IMG/VR virus record: IMGVR_UViG_3300002053_000034
Location: 566 to 64,565 of that record
DNA from: a virus
Taxonomy: Duplodnaviria > Caudoviricetes
Strand: one strand, 5' to 3'
Length of the DNA stretch: 64,000 nt
Program-made: the position numbers and the translations under genes
In this document: piece after piece, positions 1-10,200 of the stretch
How positions within the stretch are numbered: position 1 is the stretch's first letter
How the letters are laid out: the number at the start of each line of letters is the position of its first letter
Notes under the pieces: generated by a model
Seen by the model: only the letters and a program-made list of their open reading frames with translations
Database searches by the model: none
What the model was told of the DNA's origin: nothing

Positions 1-102
1 ATACCGGCCTTTTTCGCCTTTTATAACGAAATAGCGTAATGTGATGTTGAATTTGACAACTTTATTCGGATTCAAACTATTATGTACGTAAAATTCAGCC
101 AT
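1..102 (-). CDS. 5' part of a hypothetical protein running off the window edge (MAEFYVHNSLNPNKVVKFNITLRYF...)
   Basis: ATG at 102 preceded by AAGGAG; frame open to base 1; not in the ORF track. Confidence 0.7.
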   Translation of the reverse strand, partial: MAEFYVHNSLNPNKVVKFNITLRYFVIKGEKGRY

Positions 103-111
103 ATTAACTCC

Positions 112-972
112 TTATGAACTGAAGTCTATCTGGTTAGTAACACTCATAATACCCCACCTCATAATACTATCCACATTATCATGATACATCACGGGCTTTT
201 GGTCAGGATCTTGCATTCTTAATTTCTGAACTTTAGCATTATTAGCAGTATAGCTATTGGTTAATGTGCCACTAGCTATAACAAGACTGGTGGAAGTAGT
301 TCCGCCCTGAGCTATAAAATATTCAATATTGGAGCCGTCTGTTATAGCTATAGGATCTCCAGAAGTAACGGTCATAGTCTCTATGGATACAGCGGTACTC
401 GAAGGACCACAATTCGCCGTAACTAGCGATTCTCTAACAGAGGTATTAGCTACACCATAACTACCTAGACCTAAATCAAATCCTAGATCATAATAAAGAG
501 TATCAGATCCAGAATAAGTAACTTCCACGGAAGATCTATTAGCTCCTGTATAAAATTCAGATACATTCCCAGAAATTATCTTGAATTTACCCTCGTTGTA
601 TTCAACTTGAGCATTTTTATAAGCTAGAGAATCATCGTTAGAATTCCATAGATAGGAATCTGGTATGACCCGGATTAAATCCTCAATATGAGTAGCTAAG
701 GAATTAGGCCCATAAGTATCTTCTGTAAGTTCCACATAGTACCACCCACTACTATTATCAATGTTAATTCCTAGTGTTTTACTAGAGCCATCTATAGTTA
801 TACTATCTCCAACATCTACAAGTCCCGAACTTTTATACCAACCAGTTCTCATTTCACGTACATAAATATCCTGAATAGCAGTATTGGTGGTATTATCGCT
901 ATATGCATTAGTAGTAAACGACAATACCCATTGCTCGTCGTCTAAATCATAAACAGTAATGTTTCTAGCCAT
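112..972 (-). CDS. putative virion (tail tip/baseplate) protein, 286 aa
   Basis: AGGAG SD; T/S/G-rich beta-type composition; position downstream of tape measure. Confidence 0.55.
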   Translation of the reverse strand: MARNITVYDLDDEQWVLSFTTNAYSDNTTNTAIQDIYVREMRTGWYKSSGLVDVGDSITIDGSSKTLGINIDNSSGWYYVELTEDTYGPNSLATHIEDLIRVIPDSYLWNSNDDSLAYKNAQVEYNEGKFKIISGNVSEFYTGANRSSVEVTYSGSDTLYYDLGFDLGLGSYGVANTSVRESLVTANCGPSSTAVSIETMTVTSGDPIAITDGSNIEYFIAQGGTTSTSLVIASGTLTNSYTANNAKVQKLRMQDPDQKPVMYHDNVDSIMRWGIMSVTNQIDFSS

Positions 973-986
973 TTATTGACTCCTCC

Positions 987-1394
987 TTAATAATGAAAAT
1001 ATGGTGTATTATTAGTTAAATAATACGAACAATCAGGATCAACACATAACCAGCCGTGTCGTGACCCCCTTGAATATCTAATCATCATACCATCCGTAGA
1101 TGTGTGATTTGTCCTATCTCCCCCTAAAACAGTTTCCAATTGCCAATAAGTCGCGCTGCTTCGGTCAGTGTCCCTCACGTAATGAATCGAAGACTCATTA
1201 GAATAAGGGCATTTCTTGTGATAAAAATGAAAATCGGTGTATTTAACCCAAGGGAATTCTGCCTGTATAGCATCTAAATCTATTGTGTCTTCAATACATA
1301 CGGTTCGTTCCCACTGCGGCAAGTTGCCGGACCAAGTAGTTCCATATCTTTCATCCCACCCTACATCACATTTATCTCTTGGGTCACGTGGCAT
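987..1394 (-). CDS. hypothetical protein with Cys/His clusters (HKKC, CVDPDC)
   Basis: ORF with AGGAG SD, tightly packed in the operon. Confidence 0.6.
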   Translation of the reverse strand: MPRDPRDKCDVGWDERYGTTWSGNLPQWERTVCIEDTIDLDAIQAEFPWVKYTDFHFYHKKCPYSNESSIHYVRDTDRSSATYWQLETVLGGDRTNHTSTDGMMIRYSRGSRHGWLCVDPDCSYYLTNNTPYFHY

Positions 1395-1396
1395 GT

Positions 1397-1819
1397 CTAT
1401 CTCCTAAAGTTGTATAATCCACCATCAGATTTTATCAAATATGAAGGATAAGTAAGATTGTGTTGGTGCTTAGCGTCTTCGTGATCTTTAGTATCTATAA
1501 CTATATAATCGTCATTATTTAATTTTGGAACAGAATTAATATGCCTATTCTCCAATAACACATTATCTAAATATATTATATGAGGTTTATGTTTAGCTCC
1601 ATTCCAAGACAATTTAGCTACATAATAAAAAGGCACAAAAATCATATATTGATTGCTAAAATCCATTTGTATATGATCCTGTTGTTTTATATCCTCTACT
1701 TCTTTTAGAACTGGTCCGCTAAAATAACATCCCTCTAATTTAGCCAACCCTTCTTGTTCATATATAACTTCTTTCCAATGTATTTCCAATCTATATTTTT
1801 CTGAGATTCTAAATTCCAT
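1397..1819 (-). CDS. hypothetical protein, 140 aa
   Basis: ORF with AAGGAG SD, operon packing. Confidence 0.6.
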   Translation of the reverse strand: MEFRISEKYRLEIHWKEVIYEQEGLAKLEGCYFSGPVLKEVEDIKQQDHIQMDFSNQYMIFVPFYYVAKLSWNGAKHKPHIIYLDNVLLENRHINSVPKLNNDDYIVIDTKDHEDAKHQHNLTYPSYLIKSDGGLYNFRR

Positions 1820-1828
1820 AATTACTCC

Positions 1829-2554
1829 TTACCCGTAATATAGTGGTTGGTGTGGAATCGTAGCATTCGACTGACCAATCTCCCCACCGGCTTGTAATAA
1901 ACCACCCCCTATTCTATCAACAAGTCCTATCTGTACTATATCTGCATTACCCACTCCCGGAAATCCAGCAGACACACTCCCCTGCGTACCTACAACTATA
2001 TGATAATTGTCAGCAGGAGCAGCCCCAGGATCATCTACGAATCTAATACCCAAATCAGTGCTACCATTTCCTACGTCACCAGATCTACTGCCCTCCGCTA
2101 TGCCTTGTATAACAGAGGATGGGTCTGGTATTGGAATCATACTACTACTAGATGGGTAGTCCCCTACTTCCGAATCTTCCCAAAATTGAAAAGACCATGA
2201 TTCCGTGGCAAATCCCACAGGGTCGCCTTTAGAGTAGGAATAGCTCGTTATATACATAGTATATCCAAGACTTATTACTGGGCCACTACACGCCTGAGCA
2301 TCAATAGTTATATCTTTTACCGCGGTACTATCAGCACAACTATTAGCCGGAGCCAGTGTGACTGTAGGCAATACGCCTGCATACGTGGTTATACTCGCAG
2401 TTATAGTTTTTCCTACCTGTGTATTGTATGGGTCCCAACTACCTAGCTGCCATAATCTAGTAGGTTGTCGGTTTACATTCCAACTTACCGACTGAAAGCC
2501 ATCCGTAACACCACCAACTACGACAGTAGTAGCACTTCCGATCACGACTGCCAT
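1829..2554 (-). CDS. tail-tube-like / distal tail protein
   Basis: N-terminal FQSVSWNVNRQPTRLWQLG resembles the tube-protein strand plus ELG-type loop seen in the major tail protein; AGGAGG SD. Confidence 0.45.
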   Translation of the reverse strand: MAVVIGSATTVVVGGVTDGFQSVSWNVNRQPTRLWQLGSWDPYNTQVGKTITASITTYAGVLPTVTLAPANSCADSTAVKDITIDAQACSGPVISLGYTMYITSYSYSKGDPVGFATESWSFQFWEDSEVGDYPSSSSMIPIPDPSSVIQGIAEGSRSGDVGNGSTDLGIRFVDDPGAAPADNYHIVVGTQGSVSAGFPGVGNADIVQIGLVDRIGGGLLQAGGEIGQSNATIPHQPLYYG

Positions 2555-2567
2555 TTTTTATCCTCCT

Positions 2568-2765
2568 TTACGCCAATTGAGGCGCTTTTCCTTTACAACC
2601 TAAAAACATCGCGTAATCACAGGCATATCTTTTATCACACCCACCACAATTACGTCGTTTATAGACTTCTAGTCTAGCTTTTATTTGATGAGCTTTCAAA
2701 TATTTATACCCGCCCATTGGGTCTTGTACATATTTTCTTCTAGAAGATTTTCCACAGCAAGCCAT
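2568..2765 (-). CDS. small basic Cys-rich protein, 65 aa
   Basis: MACCGK...CGGC...C...C; GGAGG SD. Confidence 0.6.
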   Translation of the reverse strand: MACCGKSSRRKYVQDPMGGYKYLKAHQIKARLEVYKRRNCGGCDKRYACDYAMFLGCKGKAPQLA

Positions 2766-2777
2766 ATTTAGCCCTCC

Positions 2778-3020
2778 TTAAGTAGTGACCCCTTCCATCG
2801 ATAAACTCCATTCGTGCCAGGTTCCCCCGATGATCGGGCGCTGTGAAGCGGCCATTATAATCAAATCAAAATCTTCCCCTCCCCAACGAGGATCTGTGTA
2901 GTTATCATAATCTATTTCGCCACTATCGTCTCTCAAAACACCTAACGATGCGGTAACTTTACCCGTAGCGTCATAATTTAGTGAAAGTGATGAGCATTCG
3001 GAAAACTCTACCATGAACAT
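2778..3020 (-). CDS. hypothetical tail-tip protein, 80 aa
   Basis: ORF with GAGG SD in the tail-tip cluster. Confidence 0.5.
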   Translation of the reverse strand: MFMVEFSECSSLSLNYDATGKVTASLGVLRDDSGEIDYDNYTDPRWGGEDFDLIIMAASQRPIIGGTWHEWSLSMEGVTT

Positions 3021-3027
3021 ATCCTCC

Positions 3028-3351
3028 TTAATACCTATTTAAAAATTCGTCTTCTCTGCTTTCATCAAACTGGGTTCTACCAACAGTTTGACCACTGAAA
3101 ATTTGCTGACCTCCGGTGGTTACAAAAGGTAATCTTTGAAAATTAGCAGATATATATTCCCCATCAACAGCCGCACCTGTAAAATCTTCGTCTGAATCCG
3201 GAAGTCCCTCCGTACTCGGATAGATATTAATCTCATTAACATCAACTCCAAAAGACTGTATAAAGAAACTAGAAGGACCTATAGGAGTTAATCCCCCAGT
3301 TCGAAGTTTATATGAATAAACTGTGTGTTTCGGTCCAGTCAAATTTGCCAT
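3028..3351 (-). CDS. hypothetical tail-tip protein, 107 aa
   Basis: ORF with AGGAG SD. Confidence 0.55.
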   Translation of the reverse strand: MANLTGPKHTVYSYKLRTGGLTPIGPSSFFIQSFGVDVNEINIYPSTEGLPDSDEDFTGAAVDGEYISANFQRLPFVTTGGQQIFSGQTVGRTQFDESREDEFLNRY

Positions 3352-3367
3352 TTATACCACGTCTCCT

Positions 3368-3979
3368 TTATATATTAGGGTTAGAAAATAAAAATGAGTA
3401 AGATACCGTGGGAACATTAGGTGGTGAATACTCCCAACTAAAACTTTGTAAATAGAGCTCAGATCCAGCGGGTAAAATTCCATTGAATATAGTAACACTT
3501 TTAACACTATTACCATCATCTGGACTTATCGTTATTGGTACCCCAGTATATCTAAAATCATATCCATCTCTATGATCTAAATACAAATATGGAGTAGTAG
3601 GACCACTAGCCGCTGAAGCACTAAAAGTTTTATATGTTTCGCCAGCCTGTGTCATAGTTATCGTATTATCTACATCGCCTTCTCTATATGATCTTCCCCC
3701 ACCCCGAGGAACAAAATGAACTACTATCTCTCCATTCTCAAGACATTCTATTCTTCTATCCCAATTATAACTGACTCCTGCTCGACCTGGGCAGTCTAAA
3801 CTCACTGTCAATGGTGCATAAGCTGTGATAGCTAAATCTCCAGTAGTAGGCCCTATAAGAACTATTCCGACATCACTTACACTCACCTCTCTGTTGGTCC
3901 GTAAGTTAGCAGATATTATGCCTAAGTTACCAAGTATAGGGAATTCTGCTGCTATATGGCACTCACAATTTGACGGCAT
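3368..3979 (-). CDS. putative tail-tip structural protein, 203 aa
   Basis: GGAGG SD; beta-rich; C-terminal YLQSFSWEYS resembles YITSYSYS of the 1829..2554 product. Confidence 0.5.
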   Translation of the reverse strand: MPSNCECHIAAEFPILGNLGIISANLRTNREVSVSDVGIVLIGPTTGDLAITAYAPLTVSLDCPGRAGVSYNWDRRIECLENGEIVVHFVPRGGGRSYREGDVDNTITMTQAGETYKTFSASAASGPTTPYLYLDHRDGYDFRYTGVPITISPDDGNSVKSVTIFNGILPAGSELYLQSFSWEYSPPNVPTVSYSFLFSNPNI

Positions 3980-3980
3980 A

Positions 3981-4391
3981 TTATCCTCCCTCTTGTTCTC
4001 TATTATCTGCTATCTCTGTATAATAAGTCGCAAATGCGGGGCCGCCTTGCGCCACACTCGCATGATCATGCACCGTAATCCCTTCTAAAACCGCGTAAAA
4101 AGTCATGTCATAAATTCCGGTCGAATTATATTGAATTATTTGTTGACCACTTTTCTTATGTTTGTAATAAACACATCGGTTTCCCGGTGGATTTCCTTCA
4201 AAATCTCCGAGTTCAGGCCGTAATAAAGTAAACCCATTTAAATGTTTAAATCCTCCCTCAGCTTCTGCTTCTGGAGGATCAATAGCTGGTAGATAGGGAG
4301 CTGGGGCGCATATCTTTATCGTGTCTCCTACTCCTATAGTAAACTCCACTATATTTTCACTATCTATATCAATATTTCCAACTAGAGCCAT
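3981..4391 (-). CDS. putative tail spike/tip protein with C-terminal HxH motif
   Basis: VHDHAS near the C-terminus; follows the hub-like genes. Confidence 0.4.
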   Translation of the reverse strand: MALVGNIDIDSENIVEFTIGVGDTIKICAPAPYLPAIDPPEAEAEGGFKHLNGFTLLRPELGDFEGNPPGNRCVYYKHKKSGQQIIQYNSTGIYDMTFYAVLEGITVHDHASVAQGGPAFATYYTEIADNREQEGG

Positions 4392-4396
4392 ACTTA

Positions 4397-5002
4397 TTAG
4401 TCCTCCGTAGTGTTAACTTTAGTTATTTCCAGCGCGCTCGAGGCCTTCGGTTCTTCTTGCTGACCTAAAGGGTGAATGCCTTTAAATGCATCCGGAGTAA
4501 CTTCCAGAGGAACAGTTACTATATCTGTAGCGGCTTTCGGCTCATAATCTATGATTCTATCTCTAAATTTCTCTCTTGCTGTACTCGCCGGTTTAACTAT
4601 ACCTGTAACAACTCCCCATCGCTCGGGCGGATTAACACCGTCCTTCCATGTTTTTAATCTTCTATCTATATTCTGCCCTTCCAATATCGACAACTTATCC
4701 CTGCCGGATATATTAAGCATTACTTTAGATACATCGGTTCGTATCGGGTTTATTGTAGATCTCTCTATCAAACCAGTAAAAATGGGCTTTTCTTCCCCCT
4801 CTAAGCCAGCTCTAATAGTAACGACAGCATCAGTTACAGTTCTTAGATCTGAATAGAGTATTTTCACACTAGCATTAAAGTTAGCAGACATTTGAGTCCT
4901 AGCTCTATTAACAGTAAATGATACCACATTAGGAGTTGTTATATCACCTATTCCTGCTATACTTATAATAGCCCTTATTTTTTGTTTCTTTATTGTTGCC
5001 AT
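4397..5002 (-). CDS. baseplate-hub-like tail protein (gp27/GpD N-terminal-like)
   Basis: Pattern VVSFTVNR...IFTGLIE...LNISGRD typical of hub N-terminal barrels; post-TMP position. Confidence 0.5.
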   Translation of the reverse strand: MATIKKQKIRAIISIAGIGDITTPNVVSFTVNRARTQMSANFNASVKILYSDLRTVTDAVVTIRAGLEGEEKPIFTGLIERSTINPIRTDVSKVMLNISGRDKLSILEGQNIDRRLKTWKDGVNPPERWGVVTGIVKPASTAREKFRDRIIDYEPKAATDIVTVPLEVTPDAFKGIHPLGQQEEPKASSALEITKVNTTED

Positions 5003-5004
5003 TA

Positions 5005-7218
5005 TTACAGCGCCTGTGGGTTATTAAACACTTGTACTGAAACCCTGTCTCCTTTGTGTAAGATTTCTCTGCTATTATTAACGCAATCCATTAGTCCTAA
5101 TTGGTTTAATTGCACCTGGCATTTATGATTATTATCATAGACACCCACAACTAAACCTTCTAAAGTTAACCTTTCGGTTTTAGCCTGATATACGGACGTT
5201 TCCCAACCAGACATACCCAACCAAATAGGTCCTGCTTCAATTGATATGGTATATTGACTACTATCTTGATAATTATATGATATTGAATTTATCACTAAGT
5301 CATTATCCACTCTCGCTCCCAATACAGGCTCCGAGTCTGGAGAGCACACTATGGTTTTAGTTATTTGAGGTCCCCCATCTCCTATTAAAGTTCTTAAGAA
5401 AGTAGCGGCTGTCTGTACCTGAAATTCGTCTAAAAAAGGTAAATTTATTCTTACGTCCCCCGTCTCTAAAGAAGCAAAGGCTCTAGCATAGTCGTTGTTA
5501 TTAAGATCTTCTACAGTCGACGCGTCTAAATCTGGTATGGCTTGGCTTTGATCTAATAATCTAGTACTGCCGCCTGCATTAACTGCTATTGGAGGAGGAT
5601 AATCCACAGTTATTATTGGAAAAAATCCGAGCTCTACTTCCTGTAAATTTGTAGCTGTTACTTGATTATCCTCATCATAAAATTTTATACATGGATTATT
5701 CCAATCATAAACAACTATTAAGTTTTTAACAATATATCCAGACTGTCCCATACCAATAGGATAAATAGTAAAAGTTTCCCCATCATCGTCTGAATAATTA
5801 GTATCCGCACTTACTTCGGTAACACCGTCTCTTAAAAAACCACGAACATCAGTTAAATCATCGGGACTATAATTCAAGCGCCCATGCCCCTTGGGATGCA
5901 TAATCAACCGTTCGGTATCACCTACTTTAGCCATTATACTGGTAGTAGCTATTCGTATTTTAACTTGCAGGTCTGGGTTTTCCATATCCCCGCCAAAATT
6001 ATCTATATAATTCTCATGAATATTACAAGAAAATATAATCCTGTATCCACCAGGAGGATTTTCGTCAGGAACTACAATATAATCCTCTCCTCTAGACAAT
6101 CTAAACGGTTCAGCTAAAGTCGAATCCACATCTACTCGGAAGTCCCAGTCAGTAGATACCCTATCATTCCCATCATTATAAAAATCTGGCACCATGCCTT
6201 TAATCTTGAATCCATAAATAAACACATCTTTCACACCTAGAAATTTTAGCTCTTCACTTCTAGGTAAATGTGCCCCCACTCCCTCAGCTGCTGCTTCCCC
6301 AGTCCTGCAATACTCGGACACATATTGCAAATTCGTCATCCATCGTCTAGTTTGTAGCTTTCCCATATCCGATAATTCAACAAATCGAGGACTCGTATCT
6401 GTAAAACTTACTTGGGTACTACCCGGTTTAAACCATGGTATCCATATTTTATAAATATATAGTGGATCATTCTCATAGTTTTTAGGATTATAAAGCGCAG
6501 CTTCTTCTACTAAATACTGCTCTTGATCAAAATGGGGGTCTCCATACTCAATATATCCCTCTTTATAATAAGCGCATTGCTCAGGACCTAATATATCTCC
6601 CCATGCTGTGATAATCGGATACGCATAAGCATCTGCATCTGGGTCTTCATAAACCACGTCTCCAGCTATATTAGCATAATTTTTACCATTAGCAAATGTT
6701 AATAGATTATAAGGATCTTCACTTCCTACTCCTCCGGTTCCCTTAGGAAGTCTTTGAGGAGGAGAATCATATCCAGTAATCATTATAATATCTACAGGCT
6801 TAACGGTTGTGCTAGTAGGAATCTCATATAATATATCTAAATCTGCGCTTTCATGGCCTATGTCATAGTATTGAACTCTGCCCAACTCATTCATATGGCA
6901 TTCAAACAATTTAGGAGTAGTGTCTGCTATATGAGTAGCCAATGATAATTGCACCATTTGATAAGCATCTCGATTATTAATGTCATACCCAGGTAAAGTG
7001 TTGAGTAGTTCATTCTGAGGAGGTAATGAGCTCGCCACCTCCAACCCAAATATATCTTCCAATATCCACGTCGCTACTGGATTAACTCCACCTGCAACAT
7101 CGATAGCTTTATATGGAATGCTAGGAAAATCCTCATCAAAACTATCCCACCTGCTTATCCAATGTTCAGCAAGTCCATCCCACTCATAAAATATATTGTC
7201 TCTAACAGGTCTTACCAT
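5005..7218 (-). CDS. tail tip/hub protein with C-terminal OB-fold-like segment, 737 aa
   Basis: First gene after the TMP; C-terminus EGLVVGV...CQVQL...LHKGDRVSV resembles gp5/VgrG OB folds. Confidence 0.5.
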   Translation of the reverse strand: MVRPVRDNIFYEWDGLAEHWISRWDSFDEDFPSIPYKAIDVAGGVNPVATWILEDIFGLEVASSLPPQNELLNTLPGYDINNRDAYQMVQLSLATHIADTTPKLFECHMNELGRVQYYDIGHESADLDILYEIPTSTTVKPVDIIMITGYDSPPQRLPKGTGGVGSEDPYNLLTFANGKNYANIAGDVVYEDPDADAYAYPIITAWGDILGPEQCAYYKEGYIEYGDPHFDQEQYLVEEAALYNPKNYENDPLYIYKIWIPWFKPGSTQVSFTDTSPRFVELSDMGKLQTRRWMTNLQYVSEYCRTGEAAAEGVGAHLPRSEELKFLGVKDVFIYGFKIKGMVPDFYNDGNDRVSTDWDFRVDVDSTLAEPFRLSRGEDYIVVPDENPPGGYRIIFSCNIHENYIDNFGGDMENPDLQVKIRIATTSIMAKVGDTERLIMHPKGHGRLNYSPDDLTDVRGFLRDGVTEVSADTNYSDDDGETFTIYPIGMGQSGYIVKNLIVVYDWNNPCIKFYDEDNQVTATNLQEVELGFFPIITVDYPPPIAVNAGGSTRLLDQSQAIPDLDASTVEDLNNNDYARAFASLETGDVRINLPFLDEFQVQTAATFLRTLIGDGGPQITKTIVCSPDSEPVLGARVDNDLVINSISYNYQDSSQYTISIEAGPIWLGMSGWETSVYQAKTERLTLEGLVVGVYDNNHKCQVQLNQLGLMDCVNNSREILHKGDRVSVQVFNNPQAL

Positions 7219-7220
7219 TA

Positions 7221-10200
7221 TTATCCTCTAAGATCCAATCTACTAATATTAGACAAAATTATTACGCGTTGATCTTCCAATTCTCTATTCAAATTACTAA
7301 TACTTAATTCCAAGCTGGTGATTCTAGATCTTATAGGTGTAATATCCATGGATTTCAAATCACTGATAGATTCATTGATTGTGGCATTTACATAAGATCT
7401 ATCCTCAACGAAATCGGTGGATCTTTGTGTCTCTAAATAAGCCATTTCCAATTGTTCTTTAGCTATCCTCAATTCTCTTTCTAATCCTTCCATCTCGGAA
7501 GCTTTAGTCTCTACCATTTTTATCTCTTCAGAATTGGTTACAGTTTGCTCTTCCAGCCTGTCTAATTTTTCAGTAGTAGACTCAATAAACTGGTCTATCT
7601 TACTTATACCAGCTGCACCAACACTAAATCCCTCTAACACTCCTTCTAAATTACTTGTATCAATTTTAAGTTCCGGTAATTGATCCTCTGTAGGTATATT
7701 GAAGTTAATAGTAGCGTCTTCTAATTTTCTAACTACAGCTTCCCCAAATTTTTCGGCAGCTGATTCTATTCCTTGAAGTACTCTAGATGGGCTAACTGCG
7801 CCTCCTGCTTGGTAGTGCCTTTTAACCAAACCACCTATATTATATTGAGCCGGTATAATCGCTTCTCCCCTGTGTACCATAGCCATCTGATCAACAGGAA
7901 CATATGGAGTACCTTGTTGATATTTATAGATTCTTCCGCCGGAACCTCTTCCTTCCATAATAGCTCTATCTATTTCTTTTATCCTTTTAAGTTCCTCAGA
8001 TTCTGCGGAAGGCTTTCTTCTAAATAACCCCTTAATGAACTCAATCATTTTTTCTAGTGTAGGATCTCCGAAGTTAATCTGCTCAGCTATAGTTTTTCCG
8101 CCATCTTGGTAATAGGGAATCAGTCCACCCAATGGGTATTTACGGAAAATTCGCCCTCCTCCTCTTAAGCCTTCCCCAAAAAATATTCCTACGTCCGCTG
8201 CACTTTTGAATTGACGACGGTACGCATTTTCTGCCTCACCAAATTTATGTCTGAAAGATTCAAACATAGGATGATTAGCTAATTTGGCCCTTGTAGGAGT
8301 TTTGCCTAAAGTTTCTAGTGCAGCATCTGACTCTTTTTGTAATCTTGCGCGTTGTTGTAATAATTTCGCTACAGTTCGTCTTTCTAATGGGAGTCGGGAA
8401 ACTGGCTTTTCTAAAGCTGTTGCGTAAGCTTCCATCGGATTAAGCATACCGCCTGATCTAGGAAATATTCTCTCAGATATCTTTCCTTTCCTTACTAGTC
8501 CAAGAGCAAATTCAATATCCTTAAGTGTGTCTACATGCTGTTTTAATAAAGGATCTTCTACCCCAATTTTTTTAGCAAATGCCGCCAAAACGCGCAACTC
8601 ATAATCCGCATTATGTTTAACTTCATGCCTAATATTTTTAGCCAATTCAGCCATCGAATCATCCATAGTACTCAATCTTAATATATTTTTTATCTGTTTT
8701 GGATCCGGTACCCTAGCGCCTGGTATAAATTGGCCAACAGAATATCTTACTGCATCCGACCCTATCGTTTGCTTTGAAAAAGGCTTTCTAGAAAAAATTA
8801 TATCTCCGATTCGGCGAGATGTCACGGGATGTAACTTAGTACCTGCTGCTAGCTGTGATAATTGTAATTTAGCCTTTCTGAGATCAGCTACACTCATAAA
8901 TCTTTGTGCAGTTTTTCCTTTTCCGATGGTAGATATCAACTCATCAAAATAAAAATTATACTCCTTCATGGTAGGAAATCTTCGTGACAATTTATCTACA
9001 TGTTGGCGCAACTCTCCAATCCCTATATCAGGTCTAATTGCTGTACCTTCTTCTAAAATTCTCCTAATCGTTAAAGGAGATTCTGTCAAATCAGCTATGG
9101 CTGGGGCCGCCTTAGAAATCTTACCACTCGGCCGCAAATAATTGGCCAAAGACTTAGTAGCCTCTTTACTGACTAGTTTATCGAATCGTTTAGTTGCACT
9201 AGGCCCCCGTCTTAATACAGACTCCACAGAATCTTTGTATAAAGTCGATGTAAACCTCTTAAGTGCCAGTCTCTCAGCGCTAGCAGGCCCTAATCCGATT
9301 AAATAATCAGCTATTTTAGCGGTTTGATTTAAAAGATACTCTGATTTCTGTCCTTCGGTCATGCCAATAGTAGTGCCATGGAATGGTATAAGTGCTTCTC
9401 CTATATCTTCATGAATTTGATCCAAAGAAAAATACTTGCTGCCAACTTTGAATTCTCCCCGAGGCTTTCTTATCTCACCTGGGTCTTTATATTTTAATAT
9501 ATTGTATATTATTGGATCCCTTTTAGCTAACATTTCTTCATAAGCTTCAATAGTAGGGCCTCCATTAACATATCTATAAGGTATCTTACCACCCATACCC
9601 TTACCAAATAGTAAGTCAAGCTCCTCTTTAGATTTACCGAAGATTATCTCTCCTTGGGCCCTTAGAGCTCTCATTCTCTGCTCTCTGGTAGGCTCATATC
9701 CAAGCTCTCTTTCAACTTCCCTCACTATATCAGCGGGATCTCTTCTTCCACTGGGTAATGTACCAGTAGTATTCATATAATCAAGAGTTTGTTTACCTAA
9801 TTTATTCGCTGATGATGCTCTAATTATATATTCGCCTGGACTAGCTAATATCGGCACTTTATCTTCTCTAGGGCCACCAGGACCAGTTATGGTTCCTCCA
9901 GTCTGAGCTTCTCCCCTCACACCAGCTACGAAACTCTCTGCAGTAGCTATAGCTCTCTTCCTACGCTCCTCTCTTAAGAACCCAGGTACCAATCTTTCAG
10001 TCAGCCCTCGGGTATTAGTTTCGATACTGCGCAAAATGGCATTAGATTCTTCTATAGCACCCACAACTGGAGCTTGTTCCCCTAGAGCAAGTTCTCTTAT
10101 TACTCGTTGAGGATCAAATCGTTCGGCTATTCCTTCTGGCAACTCTACTCTTAATTCTTTCAACTTTTCAAACAATGCATCAAAATCGATTCCTCGACGT

